Source: a virus (taxonomy: Duplodnaviria; Caudoviricetes). Taken from it: 36,231 bases of DNA. Positions 16,852 to 26,602 of this stretch are shown one piece after another. Location: positions 1-36,231 of the IMG/VR virus record IMGVR_UViG_3300025015_000079, one strand, 5' to 3'. The notes beneath the pieces were generated by a model, which ran no database searches, had not been told where the DNA came from, and saw only the letters and a list, made by a program, of their open reading frames with translations. Every line of letters starts with the position of its first letter. Within the stretch, counting starts at the first letter, position 1. The position numbers were made by a program, and so were the translations under genes.

Positions 16852-17508
16852 CTACGCCAACTCGGTGGCGGTGAACTCGGCCCAGGTGATCGTCGCGAAA
16901 CCTGTCTGAGAGGTCGCTGCGCCGGAGCTGATGATGAGCGACGCCGGACCCTTCAGGATCGGGGCGTTGCCCTGTACCAGGTAGCTCCACTCGTAGAGCG
17001 GCCGGGGCGTCAGGGTCAAGGACGCGTCGGTCGGGTAGCCGGAGCGGTAGAACTCAAGGGCGCTGGTGTAGGCCGCCGAGTCGCCGGAGTAGATGGAGTC
17101 CACCTCGCAGGCGGTGCTCACGGTCGAGCCGCGCAGCATGTTGACCGGCGTGATCGCGGTTCCGTTGGTTCGCAGGATGTCGTTGGCCGTGCAGGAGAAC
17201 GCGACCTCGTTGACACCCGCGCCGCCCTGCGTTTCGAAGTAGAGCGCCATGTAGAGCGGGATGATGATCGTGGACGAGGATGGCACCTTGACCGCAAGCT
17301 GCGGCCGTCGCACCACGATTGCCGTGCCGACGAGCGTCACGGGGGCCGAGATCGTGCCCGCGTTTGCCGTGAACACCTTGCCCTCAAGAACGAGGGAGGT
17401 GTACCAGGGCATTGTGACCAGCTCGCCGCGCCGGTTGACTCTTAGGTCTACCGCCGCCGCCTCTGCGTTGGCCGGAACCGAGGTTTGCCGAACTACCGCG
17501 ATGCTCAT
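16852..17508 (-). CDS. virion protein, paralogue A
   Basis: VRQTSVP...RVNRRGELVTMPW...EFYRSGYP...LYEWS...GNAP...TWAEF shared with paralogue B. Confidence 0.8.
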   Translation of the reverse strand: MSIAVVRQTSVPANAEAAAVDLRVNRRGELVTMPWYTSLVLEGKVFTANAGTISAPVTLVGTAIVVRRPQLAVKVPSSSTIIIPLYMALYFETQGGAGVNEVAFSCTANDILRTNGTAITPVNMLRGSTVSTACEVDSIYSGDSAAYTSALEFYRSGYPTDASLTLTPRPLYEWSYLVQGNAPILKGPASLIISSGAATSQTGFATITWAEFTATELA

Positions 17509-17568
17509 GTCTTCCCTTTCTCCAGCCGTTATTAGACGGCTATGGAATGGTCCTGAACTGACGCTTTT

Positions 17569-18411
17569 CTACGTCGGAACCGTACGGAACTGCCATGCGT
17601 TCCAGTAGTCGAGGCTCAGGGTCTTGCTGGTGGCGTTCCTGGCCTCCACGTACACCCATGGGGTCAAGAGGACGTTGCTGTTCGGCCCCTGCGGGTCTGC
17701 GCCCCCGCCGATGGCGCTCGAACCCACCTCAGGGCCGAAAGTCATCAGGCCAGCCTCGGTGAACCGCCTGAATACAACAGCGCACTGGTTGTTGGCGCTG
17801 TCGTTCCGCAGCAGTTCCACCATGAGCCATTCGTTGGTCGCGGCAACGGGGTCTATGCCGGCCTCGACGGTAGCCATTGGCGAGGTGTCGCCGTTGTTGG
17901 CCGCCACCCCTTCCCATCCAACGCCTGAGTCGCTGGTGTCGAACACCCACAGGGCGCAGTCGGTGGCGTTGAATGTCGGAGTCGCCTTGACGTTCACGGC
18001 TCCCGGATCGGTGGCTACGTCCGTGAACCCCACCTCGATCTTGACGCCCGTGATGACGTCCACGGCGAGAAGCGCCACCATGACGCAGCTGCGGTCTCCC
18101 CGGAAGGCCAGGCCCGTAGAAAGCTCGGAGCTCGCGGTGCTGTTGCCTGCCGTGCCCGTCACGAAGTCGCAGACCCCGTTGAGGGTGTCGGCGGTGATGA
18201 CCGGTGAGGCGGCAGACGCACCACCGCCGTTTGCCACGGTGTAGATGTCGGTGCGAAGGGTGTCGCCCAGGAAATCGTCGCCCCCAGGAAGCATTTGCAC
18301 CACGTTCAGAGAGTGCTGCTCGATGAACGGATACAGACGGCTGTACCCCATCACCCTTCGAAGGGCAGGGGCGAACCTCATATCGGGCTTTGTGCTATTG
18401 CTGATCGGCAT
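17569..18411 (-). CDS. virion structural protein (beta-sandwich, possible capsid decoration)
   Basis: DDFLGD start and LSLDYW end; downstream of capsid; AAGGGAAG RBS. Confidence 0.6.
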   Translation of the reverse strand: MPISNSTKPDMRFAPALRRVMGYSRLYPFIEQHSLNVVQMLPGGDDFLGDTLRTDIYTVANGGGASAASPVITADTLNGVCDFVTGTAGNSTASSELSTGLAFRGDRSCVMVALLAVDVITGVKIEVGFTDVATDPGAVNVKATPTFNATDCALWVFDTSDSGVGWEGVAANNGDTSPMATVEAGIDPVAATNEWLMVELLRNDSANNQCAVVFRRFTEAGLMTFGPEVGSSAIGGGADPQGPNSNVLLTPWVYVEARNATSKTLSLDYWNAWQFRTVPT

Positions 18412-18477
18412 CTGACTTCCCTTTCTTCGGCATCCCCGCCGTGGGCGGGACCGCTACGTTCGGGTTAGAACCTTGAG

Positions 18478-19233
18478 TTAGACGGGCTGCGCTGTCTTTT
18501 CCCACTTCCGGTGTTTGCCGCCGCGCTTGTGGAGGTTCTCGCCGCCCTTCCGGTAGACGCCCCCGCACTCGCAGGTCACGTCCATCGCGACCCTCGCCTC
18601 AAGCTCGGCGATCCGCTTCAGGAGTTCGTCTTGCGACGGCATCGCGGGCGCAGGAGCCACAGGCGCGTTGACCTTGTTCATCGCCTCTGCCAGCGCCTTG
18701 CCGAGGCTGGTCCCGGTCCGCACGTCACCGAGAGGCTCGGTGTGCGCCACGGACTGGTGCTGCTCGCGTGCTTGCGCGGTCGGCATCTTGCGGTTGCAGA
18801 AGTCGCAGATGAACGGGCCGATGAGTTCCTTCGGGACGTCGGCGAGTTGGGGAAACTCCACACGCTGCGCCCCTCGCCAGCAGTTCGCCGTGTGAGAGCG
18901 GTGGAACTGGGTGAGGTGCTGGCGGCAGCGCGGCACCAGGGGCGGGTCGATGTAGAGGCCGGTCTGAAGAATCTGATCGACGGACATTTCCTTCGCGCCG
19001 CCGAACATGAACAGCCCCTCGAAGGGGTGGTTCGCCGTGTACGCGCCCATGTCGAACGCGCCGTACGCGTCCAGAGACACCCAGCCATGCTCGACGTAGC
19101 GGAGCTTTTCGAGCCGCGTGATGGGCGAGATGGTGATCCAGCCGTTCGGCTGCCGGTAGTAGCCGAACGTCGGCTGAATCCGCCGTCCCAGCTCGGACGA
19201 GACGGGGTCTGAGACTTCATGGGCCAGTGTCAT
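18478..19233 (-). CDS. hypothetical protein with C2H2-like Zn fingers
   Basis: CDFC-x12-H-x4-H and CECG...H.....H; ATGA overlap. Confidence 0.7.
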   Translation of the reverse strand: MTLAHEVSDPVSSELGRRIQPTFGYYRQPNGWITISPITRLEKLRYVEHGWVSLDAYGAFDMGAYTANHPFEGLFMFGGAKEMSVDQILQTGLYIDPPLVPRCRQHLTQFHRSHTANCWRGAQRVEFPQLADVPKELIGPFICDFCNRKMPTAQAREQHQSVAHTEPLGDVRTGTSLGKALAEAMNKVNAPVAPAPAMPSQDELLKRIAELEARVAMDVTCECGGVYRKGGENLHKRGGKHRKWEKTAQPV

Positions 19234-19655
19234 TCAAGTTCCTCTTCGTGTGCGTCGGCCCGTTCGGTCAGGATTTGCTCTCGGCTGAACACGGCCGCGA
19301 TCTCGTACTCGAAGTAGTCAGAAGCAGCGAGCGAAGGTACGAACGAGACGCCGGTATCGCCGTCGTCCAGAAAGCGTTCGCCCCTCGCGACCCGTGGCAG
19401 CATCTCTCTGGCCGTTGGCGTGCGCCGGGGGCGGATCGTTACTGGCTCGACCATCGGGAACGGCCCGGTCATCTTGAAGCCGTGACTCTCGACGTGCTCC
19501 CACCCCTGCTTGTGCATGTCGCGCACGAACTGCTCCGCGACCTTCACCTTTTCCCGGTCCAGCCTGAAAGGCGGCGGGTACGGCTCGATCTTGAAGCGAC
19601 AGCGCAACCTGTAAGGCTTGCGGTCCAGGGTGGGACGGACGATGAGCGTGGTCAC
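19230..19655 (-). CDS. hypothetical protein
   Basis: GTG overlaps capsid TAG; the upstream part of the track ORF is an off-frame shadow of the capsid gene. Confidence 0.65.
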   Translation of the reverse strand: MTTLIVRPTLDRKPYRLRCRFKIEPYPPPFRLDREKVKVAEQFVRDMHKQGWEHVESHGFKMTGPFPMVEPVTIRPRRTPTAREMLPRVARGERFLDDGDTGVSFVPSLAASDYFEYEIAAVFSREQILTERADAHEEELE

Positions 19656-20527
19656 TACTTGAGGCTCTGCAAACGGACCCCGTGGAGCTTCGCGGTCGTC
19701 GTGACCGCTGCGCCCTCGTCGGCTTCCTCGCGTTCGAAGACGCCGTAGATTTGGTCGGTGGCGAGCACCCACGCCTTCGCGAGCGGGGAGAACCACGCGT
19801 CCTGCTTGGGCTGCTTCTTGACGATCTTGAAGAAGTGGTCCCCGGCCCAGATGTGGCCGCTGGAGTTGGGGGCCGTCCCGACCGTCAGGGGCGAGGCGTA
19901 GAACGTCGACTGGTAGACCTTGCCGATCTGGGCCTCGTGCAGCGCGTTGCCGCCCGTGTCGCCGTTGTAGAGCGCCTGGATGAACTTCTCGACCTTGAGC
20001 ATGCCACCCCAGCACCCAGGCGAAACGACGCCCTTGTAGGGCGACATCCCGGACGAGTCCTGAAGGTACTGCCACGCGCGGATGAAGTTGTCGTCCGTCA
20101 TCTCAGCACCGAGGGTCCCGACCGTCTGGGTCGTGTTGTCGTCGAGGAGAGCGGCGGCGGCGACATCCTGTGCGCGCCCGAGGGCGTAGGACGCGGCCGT
20201 GGTGTACTCGGCGCGGATGTCGTACTTCGACATGACTTCCGCGAAGTCCTCGATCTCCTGCGCCACGATCTGGTGCGTCGAGACCGTGAACGTCTGCTCG
20301 CTTTCGGTGATCGCCTCGGGCGTCGCGTCTGAACCCGCCGACTTCGTGTTGGCGGTCAGGTTGTGGCGTGCCGGCAGATGGAACACGTCGCCGCTTCCAG
20401 TCATCCTGCCGGACCAGTCGGAGAACAGGCCCGCGATCACGAGCTTGAACTCGACGGCTCTGTTAAGCTCAGCACTCCAAATTTCGTCGATGAACTTATC
20501 TGCGGTGGTGCCAGTTACGTTTGCGAT
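19655..20527 (-). CDS. major capsid protein (HK97 fold, P22-coat/N4-gp56-like), apparent ATC start
   Basis: ANVTGTTADKFIDEIWS, GDVFHLP, IEDFAEV.SKYDIRAEY...SYALGRAQD, GKVY, DQIYGV; follows scaffold; AAGGAG 6 nt before ATC at 20527. Confidence 0.85.
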   Translation of the reverse strand: MANVTGTTADKFIDEIWSAELNRAVEFKLVIAGLFSDWSGRMTGSGDVFHLPARHNLTANTKSAGSDATPEAITESEQTFTVSTHQIVAQEIEDFAEVMSKYDIRAEYTTAASYALGRAQDVAAAALLDDNTTQTVGTLGAEMTDDNFIRAWQYLQDSSGMSPYKGVVSPGCWGGMLKVEKFIQALYNGDTGGNALHEAQIGKVYQSTFYASPLTVGTAPNSSGHIWAGDHFFKIVKKQPKQDAWFSPLAKAWVLATDQIYGVFEREEADEGAAVTTTAKLHGVRLQSLK

Positions 20528-20545
20528 CGGAGTCTCCTTTTTGGC

Positions 20546-21277
20546 CTAGCCCTGTGCCATGCGCTGGGCGACGTACCTGTCGATCTCTGCCGCAGTTGGC
20601 AGCGGCCCCTTGCCCTTGAGAGCCGCGATGTAGTCCGAGGAGCCGGGCTGCGCCGTGACCCCCGGAGCCGAGAACGTTTGCGGCGGCACGAGCTTCTTCT
20701 TCACCTCGGCGAGCTCGGCCCTGAGCTTTGCGACCTCGGACTGCGTTTCCGTCTGGGCCTTCACGCGCTGGGCCGCCTGCTCCATTGCCTGCGGGGTCGG
20801 CAGGTTCATGAGCATCCGAGGGTCGACGCCGTGTTCCTTGCCGATCTCGAACGCGGCGTTGATCTGCCCCTCGCGAAACCGTGCTTGCTGGTACTCACGC
20901 TGCGCCTGTTGGCCCTCGCGCCTCGCGACGTAATCGGCCTGCTCAGGCGTAAGACCCTGTTCGGTCTGAAGGCGTTGCGCGTACCGCGTGGTCTCCTCGT
21001 GGAGGGCGCGCATGTCTTCCTGGCTACGCGCTTCTGCGCGCTCTCGTTCGAGGGTCGCGATGTACTCGCGCATCTCGGGCGAGACCGCAGGCGCAGGGGG
21101 AGGTGTCTCTGCGCCTGTAGCCTCGGGCGCGGCAGCGACCGCGGGAACGGCGTCTGTGGATGCAGGGGTTGCCGGTTCGACAACCGCGTCGGGTGCCGGT
21201 GACAAGGCGGCGGGCGGTGCGGGCGAGTCTGCAGGCGGGGCGACCACCGTGGGGTCTTGTATGGTCGTGTCGAGCAT
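20546..21277 (-). CDS. capsid scaffolding protein (putative)
   Basis: Pro/Ala-rich N-terminus, charged coiled coils; directly upstream of capsid; GGGGAG RBS. Confidence 0.7.
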   Translation of the reverse strand: MLDTTIQDPTVVAPPADSPAPPAALSPAPDAVVEPATPASTDAVPAVAAAPEATGAETPPPAPAVSPEMREYIATLERERAEARSQEDMRALHEETTRYAQRLQTEQGLTPEQADYVARREGQQAQREYQQARFREGQINAAFEIGKEHGVDPRMLMNLPTPQAMEQAAQRVKAQTETQSEVAKLRAELAEVKKKLVPPQTFSAPGVTAQPGSSDYIAALKGKGPLPTAAEIDRYVAQRMAQG

Positions 21278-21289
21278 GAACTCCCCTTA

Positions 21290-21372
21290 CAAAACAAATG
21301 GCCCCGGCTCCCCCGGCGCAGAAACGCGCACGCGGAAGTCGGGGCCACCATTGGGCCACTCGTAAATGTGGC
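21290..21372 (-). promoter_or_regulatory. structured leader copy 1 (Com-type box, bulged hairpin, U tract)
   Basis: GAGTGGCCC..GTGGCCCC; stem 21300-21346 with CGU bulge; ATTTGTTTTG; homologous to 31038-31111. Confidence 0.7.
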
Positions 21373-21376
21373 GTTA

Positions 21377-21406
21377 AGCCTAGTTTGTGCGGTTACTCCC
21401 TGTCAA
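21377..21406 (-). promoter_or_regulatory. sigma70-type promoter for scaffold/capsid operon
   Basis: TTGACA-18 nt-TAGGCT. Confidence 0.7.
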
Positions 21407-21424
21407 CATGAACGCGCGCGAGCG

Positions 21425-21679
21425 TTACCGGGTGAAACTCGCCATGCTTGTCGCAATCATGTTGTCTTTGATCTGTCTCGTCGCGTCCGCGATAAGGCGA
21501 TCAATCTGCGCGTTCCTGTCCGATAACGCTCGCTCAGTCGCCCGCGCCGTGGTGCGGCCGGGCGTTGTCAAAGGCGTCTGTTCAGACGGCCCGGAGAACA
21601 CCGCCCACGACAGCGCCGCGCTCCACGCGAGACTCACGATTAACCCGATCACGAGGAGTTTCAGCAGCAATTTGTCCAC
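21425..21679 (-). CDS. N-terminally membrane-anchored small protein
   Basis: GGAGG RBS before GTG; LLLKLLVIGLIVSLAWSAALSWAVF followed by a helical segment. Confidence 0.55.
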   Translation of the reverse strand: MDKLLLKLLVIGLIVSLAWSAALSWAVFSGPSEQTPLTTPGRTTARATERALSDRNAQIDRLIADATRQIKDNMIATSMASFTR

Positions 21680-21821
21680 GGGCTTCCTCCCCCACGGACC
21701 TGACCACGACTGCCGATTCTCCCACAATGATGTTCACGGTTCCACATCGGCACTTGATGATGCCGCGCCCCTCGATGAACTCCATGAGTTTGTGATTGCA
21801 GGACTTGCACCGGATCGTCAC
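21582..21821 (-). CDS. com: Com-like Zn-ribbon RNA-binding regulator
   Basis: IRCKSCNHKLM......IKC-RCGTVN matches the Mu Com family pattern; GTGA overlap with upstream gene. Confidence 0.7.
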   Translation of the reverse strand: MTIRCKSCNHKLMEFIEGRGIIKCRCGTVNIIVGESAVVVRSVGEEARGQIAAETPRDRVNRESRVERGAVVGGVLRAV

Positions 21822-24800
21822 CGCGTTTTCCCCGACACGAACGGCTCGCCCAACTGCTGCGCGAAGTAGCGACGGAGCGCGATGTGGGGGGCACTGTCGA
21901 AGTCGCGAACCGCAAGGCTCTTTACGTCCGCGGACTTGATGTTGTTCTGCCTCATGAGAGTCAGGGCGTGGGCCTTGGCCGCGCCGGTCGACAACGAACT
22001 GATCTCGCCAGCGATGAACAGCTTCGCCTCGATCTGGGGGTTGCGCTTGCGGTACGCGTCCCGCGTCGGCACCCTCTTGGCCGCCGCCTCGCGCGCGTTC
22101 GTGGGCAAGCCCTGGTATTCCTTGAACTCGTCTTGCCACCGCACACTCGCGGCGTACGCGGGATCGTCTGGCAGGTAGTTGGTGCCCATGAACTGCGAGG
22201 CGACTTCCTGCACGACCTCGCCCGCGGTCGCCCCCTGTCGGACCTGTTCGGCCGCGCCGCCCACAGTCAGGGGGGCCGCGCCTTCAAGGGCGTATTCGAG
22301 CGATTGCAGGATGTTGACGGGGAAGTTCTCGGTGCGGATCGGCCGGCCGTAGTAGTCCTTGTTCAGAATCTCGTCGTAGGCGATACGAATGGCCGGTCCC
22401 ATCTTGCCCTTGGCGAACCGTTCTAGCCCAACGAACGGCATCGGGATCGGACGGTCGACCCCGGCGACCTTGACCTCTCGCGGTGCCACGGCGCGAATGA
22501 TGCCACGGAACGGGCCGCCGAGACCTACGCGAGCGCCGTTCGGGAGCACCAGTGACATGAACTTCCCAGAGTTGGGATCGAGCGAGTCCTTCACCGCCTG
22601 TTCGACGTCCAGCCCGTGGGTCTGGGCGTGGTAGGTGTTCGACATGATCGCAATGGCCTCGACGGTCGCGACCAGGGTAAGGACGCGCTTGACCGCGAAC
22701 CGTTCGGACTGCGTGATCGTCTGCTTGGTCCCGATCTTCACCAGCCCTTTGACCGCGTCGTTCATCAGCGCGGCCGGTTGCGTCAGGAACGACACGGACG
22801 TGAGCGCGGCGCGATAGTGGGCGGCGTCGGCCGACGACTGGCCGAGCCTGCGGTAGTTCGAGCGCGGAATGATCTTCGTGGCGTCGTCGCCCGCGACCGC
22901 CATCGCCTGCTCGGGCGAGAGGCCGTGCTTCACCGCCGCCTGATAGGAGTTCTCGAACACGTCCTTCTGGAGTCGTGTGATCGGCCGGTAGAGGGCTTCG
23001 TTCCACTTGACCCAGCCTTTCCCGGCCTTCGGGATCTTCCCGATGAAGCCGGTCGCGAACTCCAGATCGACCCCGCCCAGCGGGTTGATGCCAGTCGCGG
23101 CCGTGAACCGCTGCCAGCTTTCAGGATTCGCCTTCATGTCCGCGAGCATCCCGGCCTGTGTGAGTCCGCCCTTACCCTGGGCGACGAATCGAGACGTGCC
23201 GATGGGATCGGAGAGCCATGAGGTCGCGCCCTGTATCGAGATCGGCGACAGGTCGCCGCCGAACGCGGTCGCACGCACGTTGTCGATGAAACGCACGATG
23301 GGGTTCTGCGACTTCTTCAGAAGCTCCGTGACCTGATCGGCCTCCTTGACCGGGAAGTAACGATAGATGCCATCCTGCACGAACACGTAGGGCTTTAGGT
23401 TCGCGACCTCCCACGCGGGACGGAGCGCGGCTATCGCGGCCTTGGCCTGCGCGACTTCCTCCTTGAGGTCCTTGAAGTCCTTGCCGAAGTTCGGGCCTTT
23501 CCTGCCTACCGCGTCCGCGCCGACCATTGGGTTCAGGTCAGCCTGAAGCGTCGCGAGGTCCGCGGGATCGAGCGGAGATTGCGCGAACGTGTCGACCGCC
23601 TCGGCCTGTTTCCCACCGATACGGTTCGCGGTCGCACGCAGCGATGTGAGCCGCTTCTGGAGAATTTCCATCTTGGCGGCCAGTTCCGGGTGCGTCTCCT
23701 GTATGACCTGCAGCCGCGTCTTGCCGCCGAGTCCTTCGGTGAGGACACGGTGCCCCGACCCGTAGGCGAGCGTCATGTCGTTGGCCGCCAGCAGACTCGA
23801 CACGGTCGTCTCAGGGCGGAACTCAGGATCGTGCGCCCAGCGGTCCGCAGCGGTGGCATACACGCGGGTCTTGGTGCGGCCTCGCAGAAGCGCGCCCCGT
23901 TCGCCGCCCGCCATCGCGAGTGCGGTTTCCTCGATGTCCACGCTCGGCAGATGGACCCCGCCCGGTTCTACCGGGAACTCCCCGATATCCAGTCCGTAGG
24001 AACTCTTGACGCCGTTGAATGCCGCCGAGCGTTCGGCCTGAATCGCGCCGAGCACGGCCTTCTGGGTTGGCGAGAGCGAGTAGAGAGAAGGCCGCGCCAT
24101 GATGTCGGCCAGCGTGCCGACGTAGGGGTACTTGGCCTGTTCCGGCGTGCCGCGGAACGCGACGCCCGCGGGCTTGAAGTCGCGCGTTCCACTCGCGCCC
24201 TTCCCAAAGGCGGCGTCGAGCTGGGCCAGATGGCCGATGCGGGTTTGCTGCAACGCGGTGTCGACCTTGCCCTGAGCGAGTCCTTCCCCCACCCACCCTG
24301 CCGTCATTCCTTCCGGCTGGTCCAGCCTGGGCTGCGCTCGGTGGACGGCTTGCTTGACGCCAGGTACGAGATCCGCGATGCGGGTGACGATCCCCGGACG
24401 GTCTCGCTGCACGATGGCGCGGGCCTGCGAGAGCGTCTCGTTCACGCCGGAATGTCCGGGCGGGATGAGTGTGGGCTGCGATGGCGGGGTCGCGCCCGCG
24501 GGCGGGACAGCCGCGGCCGGGGGAACACCGGGAGGTGGACGGCCAGCGGGTGGCGGCGCAGTAGGCGGTGGCGCGGGCGGGGCAGCGGCACCCTGTTGGC
24601 TCACGACAACCGGCGCCTGTTTTCCCCGTTGAACAGTCGTCTGCCATGCGACTCCGGGCGGGGCGGCGGCTGGCGGGGCCGCCCGAAGTGTCACATTCTG
24701 CATTGGCACATTGAGCGGCTGACTTGGTTGGTAAAGAGACTTGATGCTTGCCCGAACCGCCCGGCCAGCGCCCGGAAGATCAAAACCTTTCGGCGCGGCA

Positions 24801-26251
24801 GATTGCACCCACGCGAGGATTTCAGGGTGGCGTACGGACGCACCCGGATTCGTGACGATGTAGACGGCCTTGTCAAAATCCGACTCGAAGCGTGGCTCGA
24901 CGTCCCGATATCGAGGCCGCGACGTGGCAACCGAACGCGGTGCGGACAGCGGCCTTGCAGGCGGGGAGGACGCCGCCTGTTCCGTCAAGGCCGCCGCCGC
25001 GGGCGCGGAAGGAGTTTGGCGTGCTGCGCGCGCCTGAGCGATCCGGTCTGCTTCGCTCGCCGCGATCTCAGACAGTGGCGCTTGAGCCATCCGCGGCTGC
25101 TCGGCTGCGCCGCGGGCTACCTGTCCCGGACCCATCTCGCCGCCGAAGCCTGCCTGCGCGGTCGGGCCGCCAGTCGTGAACTTCTCAAGGGCTGACGGCT
25201 CATATTTGGCAAGAACTTTGGCGACTTCCTGACGCCGCCGCGCAAGGTGTGAAGTCCCTCGATACCGTTCCTCGAAGGCTTGGATGCGGGCCGTGTCTTC
25301 GGGAGAGACCACGCTACCGGGACGCAATCCCGTTGCGGGATCGGCTGGTCCATACAGGTAGTCACGCGCGCCGACAAGTTCATCCTCAGACAGGCGCACG
25401 CGCGGACCCTGGACCCCATACAGCCGCCGCTCTATTGGCGCAAGGTCCTCGTAGATCAGCGGCTTCGTCACGCGCTTGGCAGCCGGTGGCAGCAGCACAT
25501 TCCCGACGTTCGCCTGCCCCATGCCCTCGGCGAGCCCTACGGCTCCCTTCGTCGCGCCCCTGACCGCGCCCGGCGCGGCCTGTATGGCCCCGCCCGCCAG
25601 CACGCCGCCTGCAAGACTGGCCCCAAGGCCCACCGCCGTTTTTGCTGGGTCCGGCCAGTCGGCAGGCAGTCGTTTCACGGTCTCTTGCCCAGCGCCCACC
25701 GCGCCAAGTCCAATCGCTTCCTCTGCCGCCAGCCTGACCGGGAACGGGCCGCGCACAACCGGCTCGGCGACGCGGGCGAGGAACCGGGCCGCCGCACCCC
25801 CGCCCCGAAGCGAGGCCGCGGCTGTAGGCCCAAGGCCAGCCGTTATGGCCTGTAGCTCAAGGTCCGCAGGGCTGGTAAGTTGCCGGGCGTAACCCGCGAC
25901 GGTACGCAACGGTCCTTCTGGGACATGCTCAAGGGCCGATTCGGGCACAAGTGGCTCAAATGACGGCCTGCGCGGCCGAAGTTGCGGAACGAAGGTTTGG
26001 AGCGCGGCGATGATCGGCGACGTCGTGAAGCCTCGCGGGCGTCTTTCCACTGGCGCACTCGGTGGCTGTGCGGGATCGGGGGATGCGATCCGCTGCGCTT
26101 CGGCTTCCGCCTCGGCATCGGCCAGCGCGATCAACTCTTCCCGCGACAGTCCGCGGCGGGCCATCTGGGGGCGCGTGTCGGACTCAAGGCCCAGCGCGAT
26201 GCGGCGACGGCGGCGCTTCTCGTCTTCCCACGCTGCGAACGGCGAGACCAT
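21818..26251 (-). CDS. large internal virion/ejection protein (putative), 1477 aa
   Basis: size; Gly/Ala hydrophobic segments; Pro-rich linkers; C-terminal NKDYYGRPI motif common in podovirus ejection proteins. Confidence 0.6.
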   Translation of the reverse strand: MVSPFAAWEDEKRRRRRIALGLESDTRPQMARRGLSREELIALADAEAEAEAQRIASPDPAQPPSAPVERRPRGFTTSPIIAALQTFVPQLRPRRPSFEPLVPESALEHVPEGPLRTVAGYARQLTSPADLELQAITAGLGPTAAASLRGGGAAARFLARVAEPVVRGPFPVRLAAEEAIGLGAVGAGQETVKRLPADWPDPAKTAVGLGASLAGGVLAGGAIQAAPGAVRGATKGAVGLAEGMGQANVGNVLLPPAAKRVTKPLIYEDLAPIERRLYGVQGPRVRLSEDELVGARDYLYGPADPATGLRPGSVVSPEDTARIQAFEERYRGTSHLARRRQEVAKVLAKYEPSALEKFTTGGPTAQAGFGGEMGPGQVARGAAEQPRMAQAPLSEIAASEADRIAQARAARQTPSAPAAAALTEQAASSPPARPLSAPRSVATSRPRYRDVEPRFESDFDKAVYIVTNPGASVRHPEILAWVQSAAPKGFDLPGAGRAVRASIKSLYQPSQPLNVPMQNVTLRAAPPAAAPPGVAWQTTVQRGKQAPVVVSQQGAAAPPAPPPTAPPPAGRPPPGVPPAAAVPPAGATPPSQPTLIPPGHSGVNETLSQARAIVQRDRPGIVTRIADLVPGVKQAVHRAQPRLDQPEGMTAGWVGEGLAQGKVDTALQQTRIGHLAQLDAAFGKGASGTRDFKPAGVAFRGTPEQAKYPYVGTLADIMARPSLYSLSPTQKAVLGAIQAERSAAFNGVKSSYGLDIGEFPVEPGGVHLPSVDIEETALAMAGGERGALLRGRTKTRVYATAADRWAHDPEFRPETTVSSLLAANDMTLAYGSGHRVLTEGLGGKTRLQVIQETHPELAAKMEILQKRLTSLRATANRIGGKQAEAVDTFAQSPLDPADLATLQADLNPMVGADAVGRKGPNFGKDFKDLKEEVAQAKAAIAALRPAWEVANLKPYVFVQDGIYRYFPVKEADQVTELLKKSQNPIVRFIDNVRATAFGGDLSPISIQGATSWLSDPIGTSRFVAQGKGGLTQAGMLADMKANPESWQRFTAATGINPLGGVDLEFATGFIGKIPKAGKGWVKWNEALYRPITRLQKDVFENSYQAAVKHGLSPEQAMAVAGDDATKIIPRSNYRRLGQSSADAAHYRAALTSVSFLTQPAALMNDAVKGLVKIGTKQTITQSERFAVKRVLTLVATVEAIAIMSNTYHAQTHGLDVEQAVKDSLDPNSGKFMSLVLPNGARVGLGGPFRGIIRAVAPREVKVAGVDRPIPMPFVGLERFAKGKMGPAIRIAYDEILNKDYYGRPIRTENFPVNILQSLEYALEGAAPLTVGGAAEQVRQGATAGEVVQEVASQFMGTNYLPDDPAYAASVRWQDEFKEYQGLPTNAREAAAKRVPTRDAYRKRNPQIEAKLFIAGEISSLSTGAAKAHALTLMRQNNIKSADVKSLAVRDFDSAPHIALRRYFAQQLGEPFVSGKTR

Positions 26252-26593
26252 CTAAAGCCCCGGACGTTGCGTGCCGTAGTTGAACTGTGTCGGCGGGTTG
26301 AAGCGGGCCGCGCCCTGCCTGCGCTGCCCCTGGTTCATCCAGTCCTGTGACGCGCCGCCTTGCGGGGAGAAGTAGTCGCCCAGAAAGTCGGTCCAGTTGA
26401 AGTTCGACGGGTCCTGCCCGCCACGCGCCATCTGCCCGATCCGTCCCATGAACTGGTTCTGGACTGCCTGAAACTGCTGGTCGAAGAACCGCTTCTGGTT
26501 GGGCGAGCGCGCCTGGTCCCGATACGAGAAGTACCCGACCTCGGGCACCTCGTTCAAGAACGCGTCAAATACGTTGAACGGATCTGCGGGCAT
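26252..26593 (-). CDS. small putative ejection protein
   Basis: Gln/Phe/Gly-rich; AGGAG RBS. Confidence 0.55.
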   Translation of the reverse strand: MPADPFNVFDAFLNEVPEVGYFSYRDQARSPNQKRFFDQQFQAVQNQFMGRIGQMARGGQDPSNFNWTDFLGDYFSPQGGASQDWMNQGQRRQGAARFNPPTQFNYGTQRPGL

Positions 26594-26602
26594 CGAAGAC
26601 TC

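Noticed and set aside
14853-17508. NRRGE motif of the paralogues as Tat signals
   Set aside because: Glu at the consensus Phe position and no proper h-region or cleavage site
10670-25195. Long plus-strand ORFs (10670-11974, 15910-17445, 23579-25195 and similar)
   Set aside because: Antisense shadows of GC-rich structural genes; Arg/Gly/Val-rich with no motifs
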